A stretch of 64,000 nucleotides of DNA, taken from assembly GCA_964187785.1 (NCBI GenBank), contig OZ076409.1, forward strand, positions 27,220,001 through 27,284,000, read 5' to 3'. The notes under the pieces were generated by a model. That model did not search any database and was not told the DNA's origin. It saw only the letters and a program-made list of their open reading frames with translations. Each line of letters opens with the position of its first letter. The first letter of the stretch is position 1. A program made the position numbers and the translations under genes. Shown piece after piece: positions 50,401-62,400 of the stretch. The DNA comes from Amphiscolops sp. MND2022 (taxonomy: Eukaryota).

Positions 50401-53400
50401 CACAATTTTTATACTACAATTATTTCATGAAGTTTTGGATCTTTTCTGTTAGTTACAACCCCACCCACAGATTCAATACCCCAATAACTGGCCAAAAAGT
50501 TTTATACGGGAGAGCACAAAAATCGAAGCCAAAATAATGTTCCGTTGAAGCCTCCGGCATGTGTACATGTCAATTTTTGGAATCCTTTGATGAATTTAGA
50601 ACCTCCCATTTCAGATTTAATAAAAAATTTTTCCCAGTGTTTCAGTTTTTCTCTATGACGTACATCAATATCTGGCCAAAAAAAAGCTTTTACGGAAAAG
50701 CACAAAAATCGAAGACAAAATAAAGTTCTGTGAAAGTCTCCTGCATGTGTGCATGTCAATTTTTTGAATCCCTAGATGTATTTAGAACCTCCCATTTCAG
50801 ATTTAATAAAAAATTTTCCCAGTGTTTCAGTTTTTCTCCATGACGTACATTAATAAGTGGCCAAAACAGTTTTTTACGGAAAAGCACAAAAATCGAAGAC
50901 AAAATAAAGTTCTGTGAAAGTCTCCTGCATGTGTGCATGTCAATTTTTTGAATCCCTAGATGTATTTAGAACCTCCCATTTCAGATTTAATAAAAAATTC
51001 TCCCAGTGTTTCAGTTTTTCTCTATGACGTACATCAATAAGTGGCCAAAACAGTTTTTTACGGAAAAGCACAAAAATCGAAGACAAAATAAAATTCTGTG
51101 AAAGTCTCCTGCATGTGTGCATGTCAATTTTTTGAATCCCTAGATGTATTTAGAACCTCCCATTTCAAATTAAATTAAAAAACAAAAATCGAAGCCAAAA
51201 TTTGTTCATTGAAACCTCCTGCATGTGTACTTGTCATTGTTTTGAACACCCAATCTGGTGTAATTTGGACCTCCCATTTTGCATCCAATAAATTTTTATT
51301 CTTTAGTTTTAGTCTCTTGTGGGGAAACAAATCCATTATTGGCAATTATTCAATTTTTTTTCAACGACTTCTTGATGGGCCGCATGTGAGGTATTTTATG
51401 AATCGATTGTTGATGCTTTTAGATTGTGGAGAGAGTTTCAAAAACGCCAAGACCCTGAAGCAGCACAGACGCCGGGGTAATGTGTCACATTGCGTTTTGA
51501 AAGCAGCTGAAGATTTGATAACGAAAAACAAATGGAAAACATGCATGTTTTGTGGCATGAAAGGCACTGCCAAGAGGGACAAAGATGGTGAAATGAAATT
51601 TTTCGAGTTTACCTGTCCCGCGGCAACTGCTCAGCATGCTTTAAACTACGACTGCAAATGGCAGCGAAAGCAAATCGAAGATTCGAATCCACAGGCGATT
51701 ATGAACAAGACGTACAAGGATTTTCAGGAAAGGGATTTCAAAGACCCAGACTCTTATGCTGATGAGTACTTGGCAGCAACTCGAGAAGTTGTCCAAGCGC
51801 TGACGCATGAAAAACAAGTTTTCAAATACACTCTAATGAGGAAAGAGGCATTCCTTCCTCTGAATGTGGACCACTACAAAAAAGGACATAAAGCAGGTGC
51901 CAGCTGGGCTGACTATGGAAGCAACGTAGCCGCTCGGTCGTCCACGGGTAAAACGAATTATCAAATTACAAGAGACTACACTGGCTCTCATTCTGTAAAG
52001 GAGCTGGATCCAACTCCACCGTTAGGAAGAATGTCTGGCACTCGTTAGTGTTGAATAAGTTTTTCAGTTCAATTCCCGACTGCATGTGAAATTAAATAGG
52101 ACTTTCACTGCTTTTCTTGTTAGTAGTGTCTTCAGCGGCAACAACGACCACGAGAATGCCAAAGCCCGGAAGAAGGAGAGCAATATCTTGTTAGTACTTC
52201 GATGGTTATCTGATGTTCAACTTATTAAGATGTTCAATGCGTTTTTTACGTAATTGTTTTCAGGTTCGTTAACGACCACGGGAACAACAACGCCTCGCAA
52301 AAGAAGAGCAACTTCTTGTTAGTAATTCGATGCTTCAGTGATGTGGTTTTGATTAGGTTTTAGATGCTTTTCTTGACAATAGTGTTTTCAGCGCTGATAA
52401 CGACCATGAGAATGCCGAAGCTTCGAAAGAGAAGAGCAACCTCTTGTTAGTATTTCGAAGTTTCACTGATGATGATTTGATTAGTGTTTTCAACGTTTTG
52501 CTTGATTTATGTTTTTTCAGCCTCAAAAACAACAACGAAACTAACATCGCCCCAGAAGAGAAAGGCAACATTGTGTTAGTTTTTCGAAATTCGAAAGAAG
52601 TTGTATTGATTATGATTTAATGCTTTTCTTGAAAATGTTTTTAGCCCCGATAACGACAACAAGTATGACGACTACAAAAATGACAAGAACGGCCGCGAAT
52701 CCCAGCATATGCGGTCCCTTTGGGGAAGCTTCAACAAAAGATAATTGCGGTAAACCAAAACTTTTATTGCTAATGCTTTGAAAGAGTCTTTTGGGAAAAC
52801 GTTTTCAAAAAACAAAAAAATGAAACTTCAAAAAATGTTGTAACAATAAGAGTACCAATGAATAGAACAACTCTAAGTTCAGTTAAGCAAAAAATAGCTT
52901 GATTACTTGCAGGAGACTTCAAATGATAATAAGTTTAGCTTGTCCGTTTTTTTTAGATTTTACTGAACAATTATTGGAATACGGCATGAAAGAGAAACAG
53001 AAAAACCTGAAATTTTTTTCCTTCAAATTGAATTGGGAGGTTCTAAATTCTTTTCCGGATTTGAAAAGAAGAGCTTGTTTATTTGCAAGAGACTTCAAAT
53101 GAACATAAGATTGGTTTCAATTTTTGTGCTTGTTCGCTTTTTTTTAGTTTCCAGAACAAGTTTTGGCGTACAGCATGAACAAAAATCGAGAAACTTTTTT
53201 ACCTTTAATTTTGAATTTTTACATTTAGTTTGAAATGGGATTTATTATTCAGCTTCAAAATATTAGGGATATAAAATAAAGTTATTAGATTTGTTAGTTT
53301 TTTGAAGTCTTATTGATGTTGAATTGAATAAGATTTTTACTGCCTTTCTTAACAAAATTGTTTTCAGCCCCGCTAACGGCCACTAATCTTCTTCGTACTG

Positions 53401-56400
53401 CTTCTCCTCCTCCTACACCTGGTCCTTCTCGTATGGATTCTCCACCTCCAACACCTGGTCCTTCTCGTATGGCGTCTCCTCCTCCTCCTCCTCCTCCTCC
53501 TCCTCCTCCTCCTACACCTGGTGCTTCTTCTTCTATGGCGTCTCCCCCTCCTACACCTGCTCCGTCTCGTTTGGACTCTATTTTCGTACACCTGGTCCTC
53601 CTCTTGCTCCGTCTTCTCGTCCTACACTCTTTCCTCCTCTACCTCCCCTCTTTCAGAAGGCTAAAGCAAGGAAGCGGAGTCCACGAAAATCCCTGACTCC
53701 AAAGAAACGTACGTATTATTTTTCCACTTTATATCCGGGGAAATGTACTAGGTATTTTAAATATTTCCTAAAATTTTTGTTTTGGAAATGATAGTCTGTG
53801 TTGACATTTGTTTTTGTGCTAAGGTGCCGTTCCTCCTACCGGCGGGCCCATTACTCCTGCAAAAAAGCGGAATCCAAGAAAATCGCCGACCCCGAGACGA
53901 ACTCTTCCAACACAATCTTCTTGCAGCTATGATCGTACGTGGTTTTTTAAAAAATCTATAAACATTTAAGGACATTTTATAGGCAATTATTTTTAAAAAA
54001 TGTAAGCCTTTATTTTCCTAAACAACTGAATATTAAACATTGGCAATTGAAAAGTTGATTTCTTGTAGTGTCCTATCTTTTGATTTCGTGTGTTTTCAGC
54101 GATCAATTCAATTGACCCTGATGGCTACCCAACGTTTAGCGACGCCACAGAACTGCGCCAACTGGTGGAATGGTTGCCGATGGGCAAAGAGGGCATAGAC
54201 TACTTGCAATACAAAGCCGAATTCTTTGATCAAAACTCAGCGCTTTTGAAAACGGCTCTAAAAGGAATTGTGAAGAAGCCGATGTTGATAGTTGATGCTC
54301 TCAGACTGAAGGGCTTCTCACACAAATTTGCAGCTGGAGACCTCAAACTTACCGATGAACGTTTATTCAGAGCAGTATTAGCGAAAGAAGATCCAAAAAT
54401 GACAGTAAACTGCAGTTGGCTAAAGGGAGTAAGAAACTTTTGATTATTTTCTCAAATGAATGCTTAACCAACGTAGCGGTTGATTAGAAATCCTGAAAAA
54501 TGACACATCTAAAGAAACTTGATACATTTATCATGTATAAATAGAGAAAAATGTATCAGTAATACACATTCTTCAAAGCACTTTGGCCTATAAGAAAACC
54601 TTATACACTTTAGACACTGAGCGTGAATTATCACTGTCAACAAGTTTCCAAGTCAATGTAGGATGAAATATCATCGGCAATAATTCTCCAGCCTTTTTTG
54701 TTAGAGTTATATTTCACTATTACATCTTTGTTAATTTTTCAGCACGAGTTCGAAATTGAGACCATGCCTCTGAAAACCTATTTCCTCAAGTTCGATCTCT
54801 CCAGACCAATGAACATCATTGATCTGAACGCAACAACAAGCAACAGTCTGCAGTTCGAGCCTGCGAACTTTGTGAAAGAAATCTCCTTGGGACACAAATT
54901 GCAAATGAGACTCCCAAGAGATAAGAGCAGCGTCTGGAAGCTAAACTACGTCATCCTCAGTCAAGCTGGGTGTTTCGCTGACTGGCACGTGGACTTCAGT
55001 GGAACCTCTGTGTTCTACGTCCTCCTTGCCGGAGAAAAAGAGTTCGTTTTTGTGAACGAGACCGGCAAGCTTGGTGAAGGACTGGCCAGCTTTCAGTCAT
55101 CTAGGACAACGACATCCGTTAATAGGTTCTTCGGAGGCAGAAGAGATCTTCAGGCCTACAGAATCACTTTGAAAGCCGGACAGGGCGTTTTAATCCCAGC
55201 AGGAACGCTCCACTTCGTGTCCACAATAGCGAACAGTGTGGCTGTAGGGACAAACTTCTTGACTTTTCAGGAATACCGTTAGTATCTCATGTTGGCAAAA
55301 GTTTGAATAAAATTTTGAAAAAGGTGGCTCCAAACTTATGATCATAAGACAGTATTGATTATTTTTCTTTTATTACTTAATGTTCAATGAATATTTAAAA
55401 AAGTTTTCTTTCCAGCTGCAGCACTCAATGAATTCATGAAGGAGAGGATCAGGAAGGTCAGATATTGCAAATGTTTTCCCCATTTTTGTCACCTGTCTGC
55501 TGCCATGGTATCTGAGTTTGTCCGTCGATGCAAACAAGCGAAATTTAACAAGCAAGCATCCCCACACCCCATTAACGAAGAAGGAGAAATATTTTGGCAA
55601 ATTTGGACTATACATGAAGGCTATTCCTCAATGCTACCCAATTCCATGCGTAACGGGATCCGAAGATCGTTCCGTGCAAGTTTGAGTGAAGTCGCGAAAT
55701 ACAATACAGATATACCGCAGTACCCCAAACTCCCGGAGATAATCGAATACATGAACACCATGTGTGGCTTCTAAACCAGGGGTTTATTTGAAAAAGAAGA
55801 AATAGTTCTTTGTTTTTGTTGAAACATATACCAGTAAGATTTAGATTTCATTAGAACTTGTTACTTTGCGACCTTTGCACAGGTTAATTCTGTTTGAAAA
55901 CAATCTTGGTTTTTGTTGAAATTTGTACCAGTAAGATTTAAGGTTGAACTCCATCGACTTTTTTAAAAAGTATTCGAGACTAATATGTGCATCGACTCTC
56001 TTAAACAGTAATCGAGACTAATATGTGCATCGACTTTCTTAACCACTATTCGAGACTAATGTGTCCATCGACTTTCTTAAACAGTCTTAAGATTAATGTG
56101 TGCATCGAGTTTCTTAAACAGTGTTGGAGACTAATGAGTGCATCGACTTTCTTAAACAGTATTAGGACTAATGTGTCCATCGACTTTCTTAAATAGTAAT
56201 CGAGACTAATATGTGCATCGACTCTCCTAAACAGTAATCGAGACTAATGTGTGCATCGACTTTCTTAAACAGTATTGGAGACTAATGAGTGCATCGACTT
56301 TCTTAAACAGTAGTAGGACTAATATGTGCATCGACTTTCTTAAACAGTAATCGAGACTAATGTGTGCATCGACTTTCTTAAACAGTATTGGAGACTAATG

Positions 56401-59400
56401 AGTGCATCGACTTTCTTAAACAGTAGTAGGACTAATATGTGCATCGACTTTCTTAAACAGTAATCGAGACTAATGTGTGCATCGACTTTCTTAAACAGTA
56501 TTGGAGACTAATGAGTGCATCGGCTTTCTTAACCACTATTCGAGACTAATGTGTCCATCGACTTTCTTAAACAGTCTTAAGATTAATGTGTGCATCGAGT
56601 TTCTTAAACAGTGTTGGAGACTAATGAGTGCATCGACTTTCTTAAACAGTATTAGGACTAATGTGTCCATCGACTTTCTTAAATAGGAATCGAGACTAAT
56701 ATGTGCATCGACTCTCCTAAACAGTAATCGAGACTAATGTGTGCATCGACTTTCTTAAACAGTATTGGAGACTAATGAGTGCATCGACTTTCTTAAACAG
56801 TAGTAGGACTAATATGTGCATCGACTTTCTTAAACAGTATTGGAGACTAATGAGTGCATCGGCTTTCTTAACCACTATTCGAGACTAATGTGTCCATCGA
56901 CTTTCTTAAACAGTCTTAAGATTAATGTGTGCATCGAGTTTCTTAAACAGTGTTGGAGACTAATGAGTGCATCGACTTTCTTAAACAGTATTAGGACTAA
57001 TGTGTCCATCGACTTTCTTAAATAGGAATCGAGACTAATATGTGCATCGACTCTCCTAAACAGTAATCGAGACTAATGTGTGCATCGACTTTCTTAAACA
57101 GTATTGGAGACTAATGAGTGCATCGACTTACTTAAACAGTAGTAGGACTAATATGTGCATCGACTTTCTTAAACAGTAATCGAGACTAATGTGTGCATCG
57201 ACTTTCTTAAACAGTATTAGGACTAATGTGTCCATCGACTTTCTTAAATAGTAATCGAGACTAATATGTGCATCGACTCTCCTAAACAGTAATCGAGACT
57301 AATGTGTGCATCGACTTTGCCTCTGAAAACATATTTCCTGTGAGATTTCTTGTATTTCAGTGAGATTTCAGTAAGATTTAGATTTAATTAGAACTTGTTG
57401 CTTTGAGCCCTTTGCACCAGTCACTTCTGTTTGAAAACAATCTTTTGTGTGCAGATTTTTTTTCGATTATTTAAGACTAGGGTACATTATAGAAATACAA
57501 CGTCACAAAGGGAACAACATTTAAAACCAGCATTAATAACGAAATTAGGATGTAAAGTTCAAAACGATGACGTCTCATCTTTTTTTGTATGTCTTTTGCC
57601 AAATATCTTCTCGATGTCTTGTGTGAGGTTTGAGTAGTTTTGCTTCCGAAATTCTTTGATAAGTACAAACGGGCCTTTGGTAACTCCTTCAATTATTTCT
57701 TTGGCCTCGCATTGTCGTTTGAACAAGGGCTTCATGTCACGAATGGGCACTATTGGTATGTCATTTCCTGGTTTTATTTCATAGTTAGCTGGATCAAGCA
57801 AAGTACGTTTGTTCAAGCAATCAACAACAAACTTTACGTTCAAAAAAACAACTCCCGATTGTACATAACATCTTAACTTTAAAGCTCTTTCCTTTTTTTC
57901 GACAATTTTTTCACGTTTCTCCATTGGTCGGCCAACCCCTGGTTCTCCAGTTGCTATTCTAAGATCTGTTTCATTTTGTACTAAAACATAGCAAAACGGT
58001 AGATGGGAGTGCTTTTCAGTCAGTGTTTTCAGGGCATCTTGGGTCATTACCAGGCCGCCACATTCGAGAATCATCTTGTTCACTTGAACCTGCGTTAGGT
58101 TAGCTTTTCGAAAATCTCCAAATACGGTGAAACGTAGGCCTAGAAAAATCGAATCTTTCTCGCAAGGTGTATCGATTTGAATAGTCCTCGCTTTAATTGT
58201 TTTCCTACATATCCATAGGTAATCTATGTGGAAAGTTGGAATTGGCCGGAAGATACTGCGGAGCTGCATCATACACTCTTCAAAAGCGATTTGTTGCTTG
58301 CTGTGGATATAACATCGAAAAAACGACAAAACCAGATCTTGAAGCATGGGATCAACGTGAAGTAGTTTACCTCCCCCGCGCATTGTCTTTTGATGGTAGA
58401 ATTGATGTGCTCGATGATTCGAGTGCTCCATTGCTTCGGTTAAGTGGTCCCAAGGTGACCGAATACAACCCGATTCGACCAATTTGGGAACAAGAAGGAT
58501 TTTCACTTTATATGGCGTAACTTCGCCAAAGAAAGCCATTGAGATATGATAATATGTCTCCGCCCAGAAATTGTATTCATCAATGAGTTTTTGAGGGAAA
58601 CCGTTTTTCGAACCTCTGAGAATAATGTTCATATTGTTCAAGGATTGCCGCCATAGCTCTGCGGCATCGTACTTTGACATCAAATACCGTTTTGTTTTGT
58701 CTTCAAGTAATACTTCATGCTTGAAAAGTGTTTTGTGACACAGTTTAAGAGTTTCTAGGTTAGCCGGATGGCCCACTAAGTACTCGTTTTCTTTGAAGAC
58801 ATTATCAAAAAGGTTGCTTTGTATTCCACTGTCGCTTCCAAATTCGTCCCGATGAGCAATCGCGAGCAGGGCTTCTTTTCCACTTAAAGACACAGAATTG
58901 CAACTAGTTGGTCCGTTTTTGCTTGTATTGATATTAAATCTGAACCTGGGCTCCTTCACTCCTCTCTCGGTTAAATTGGATTCGAATAGGTTCAAAACGG
59001 TGTAAATTGTTTTCCCGCGGGTCTCAATTAGTAGATTGCAAAACTTTTGCAAGTCATTCTCAACCATTCTTGTGATACCATGGCAAGTGTCAACGCAAAC
59101 TCTTCGGATGTCGTCAAGATAAACCAGGGAAGTTGACGGTAACACCTGCCAGGGTATATTCAGCGTTGTCCGTTTCTTCGTTTTGGGATCAACTGTCGTT
59201 GAGAAAAAAGGTTGGAAAACTTTCTTTCCATCTTTAACGTCAAAACCAATTGACGACTTTTTGCCAACATAGATTGCGCATTTGGAGTCGTCTTCAACGT
59301 TGTCACCATTAACCAATCGCATTACAAATGGCTGATCGCCGGACAACGTCAGTTTCACTTTGTAGTCCTCGACCAGCGTCTTTGTCTGCTGGTAAAGCCA

Positions 59401-62400
59401 TCCACTCTTTTGAACTCCAACTTGTGTTGGGCCGAGGTTTTGTTCCATTGCAAATCTGCTATCATGACCTGCAAACATGTGCAAAACAGTCTCGTATCTG
59501 CATCTTTGGTACAAAAATATTTGATATAGCATGTTTTTGAAGAAAAGTTCTAGCGAATTGCTTATATTAATGCAAGTATTTACTTCTTTATTGAGGCTGG
59601 TAAACCAATGAGATTAATGTGAGAAAAGTTTCTTGATATTTTTTAAAAGATTTTCCGGGACAAAATTTGAGAAAGTTACAAACAGCTGATTTCGAGCTAA
59701 TTCGGGACTTATTTCCGTTTTTCCAATTTTTTACCGTTTAATGCACAATTTCCTTCGCAAGTGTATGGTCAATTAACTCACATAATTCAAACGAATCTAT
59801 AGATCTTTTTCATATTCAAAATATATCAACAGTTTTCGAATCAGTTTAGTTGAATATAAAGCATCGACTGCGGTTCTACAGTTCGTTTGAAAAACAAAAA
59901 GGACTCGTTTAAAACAACAAATGTTGTTCACAACTGTATTCACATATGTAAAAACTTGAGATAGACAATAGATTTATCCACTACATTAAAAGCGCTTGAA
60001 AACATTCCATTATAGTTTGTTAATATTGCTACGCAACTCGTTTTCAGTTTAACATCTTTGCTTAGTTTAAACCATTGATTTTCTTGAACACTTTAGTTGA
60101 ATAGAAAGTATTCATTTTTCCTAACAACGTTCAATCACTTTTGCACAAACCTTTGAAGCAAGCAAATGTGAAACATGCATCTGAAGATTGTGGACTGATT
60201 TTCCCTTTTGTATCAAGAAATCGGAAAACCATTCTCGTACACTCCGAGTTCCCAATTTCAACCCCGTCACCCCAAAGATCAACTGCAACACCTTCTAACG
60301 ATTCAATTCCCGTCAGAAGGTAGTGAGAGGTTCTCACTAAGGTAATCAAATCGGCTCTAAAACCTGAGTAGGTCTTCTCCGGTTGGAATATGTTGTAATA
60401 AAAGCAATGTAGAGGATTTGACAATTTGTTTAATGTTGTAACACTGGGAACTAACTGATCATTTCTTATGCCCTGTAAGTCAAATAAAGTCTTGAGATAA
60501 CCGACCAAATCAACAACATTACCAGTTTTCTTGATCAAATACAAATGCTCCATGAATTGATGGGTGTATCTCGAAGGGAACAGTGCTTTCATGATTTGTT
60601 TCAAATAATTAGGCCGTTGTACAAGTTTTTTTTCGGTAGCAATATAGGCTTTATTTTTCAAATGTTGAATCAAACTCCCAATTTCCAAATCTCGATTGTT
60701 CATTTGATTCAACACATCACTCCAGAAATGATTGCTACTAGTACAAAAAGCGGGCTCGTGTAAATCCGAATTTTTTGCTATTGGTGGTTCTCGATTCTCC
60801 AGTTTCCGTAAGAATTTGCTAATTTCCGAGTTGTTTTCTACTGGCTTTCCGTCTGGAATGAATTCTGGGCCGAAGAAGTGTGCAACAAAGCGTCGGCGAC
60901 GATCTGTCCACGATAGGCCAGTGAATCCTTTAAAGACAAGCAAGAGTGCAATTTTGAATACCACAGCATTGTATTTTGCTCGTCTACCTGTCTCATTGCG
61001 CGTTGCACTGATGAAAACATCGGTGAATTGAACGTTTGTGCCATTCAAGAGACAAGTGATTGCTGGTTTCACTTTCCTTTGCTTGTCATTTATTGTTTCT
61101 TCTGCTAAGTAGTCGAATAACGATAAATCAACATACAGGCCTTCTGGCAAATTGATTAGGTGTTTTTTCAGAATTATCTCCTCATTGCAATAACTCATTG
61201 TAATACCGGGACCGCTTTTAAGGAATAGGATTTCGAAATAAATGGGAAAACGTTTACCAAAATTAGCAACATTCACATTTGAGGCTTACTACATTCTTAT
61301 ACGCTTATCCGCGTTAACGCTTTCATCGAAAAGAGAAACAGGTGCCGTAGATTTACATTTGGTGTCAACGGACTCACATTGCAACATCATCAAAAATCTG
61401 AGTCTAACACCAGAACTGAATTGAGGCAAATTATGACTTGCGAAGACGCAATTTAAAAGCATTCAGAAACCGTAAATTTCATTTTCCACTCTTCGCTTTA
61501 CCTCGAATCAAATTGGTCAATCAATTTTGAACAATCAACAATGCTTTTTGCCAATGTTTTCTTCCAGACTAAGCCAGTCGTTCAAGCTTTGGATCCTGAC
61601 ACTCAAATCTGGGAGGAGGCTAAAATCGAAGGTTTTGAAGGCACCAATCATGTTCGTGTTAATTTTACGCGCTGGGGAAAAAACAAGGACCCTGTTCGGG
61701 TTCTTTTTTGTGACCCCCAAGTTCATCTTGAAAATTGGCCAGTCAGGAAAGCTCTTGAAGAAGTTCTATTTCCCAGACGACACAATATTGATTACAAACT
61801 GGATTACACTAAGGAAAAATTCGCAAAAGGCGATATAGTATATTTTGTTGGGTCGACTGCGCCATCGGTTGGTGATATTATGGAGCCTTGGGAGATGAAA
61901 CAAATGATCCAAGAAGCATCAGTTTTGAAATCTGGAACTGTGCTAATCAATGATAGGTTTAGAAAAACTTTGCTGATTTGCTCCAATGTGGAGAAGTTTT
62001 ATATTTCGTACAACCAGTTGAGGAACTCTGACTGGCAAAAAGAAGGAATAGCTGACGAAGAAGAAATGATACCAATCCCAGTTGCCAAAAAATTGAAAGT
62101 TGAAGTGAAAGCTGTAGTGAAAGAGAAACTGTCGAAGATCAACATTGGAGACATTTTGCGGGCATTGTGCGGATCTGACGAAACCGTTAGCCTGACACTT
62201 GTTCCCACTACGAACGGAATACTAGCAGCAGGATCACGTGTTGTAATAGACTTGTCACAGACGGGGGTTGTACGAAAGCTTTTTTTTGACCGCAGGGAGG
62301 CGCACGCGATGGCAGAAGTAACTTTAGACGGGAGTAAGAGATACATTGGACTGCCAGCCACAGAAGTTGGACTGTCAGTAGACCCCAATCAATCACTTAA

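Noticed and set aside
48590..57320. 37-38 bp arrays as CRISPR arrays
   Set aside because: Monomers abut with no unique spacers, show higher-order periodicity, have no cas genes nearby, and the context is eukaryotic.
51423..61198. ProtoRAG-type RAG1/RAG2 pair (convergent genes)
   Set aside because: The partner gene is JmjC-like with no kelch repeats, and the ends lack heptamer/nonamer-like RSS termini and a 5-bp TSD.
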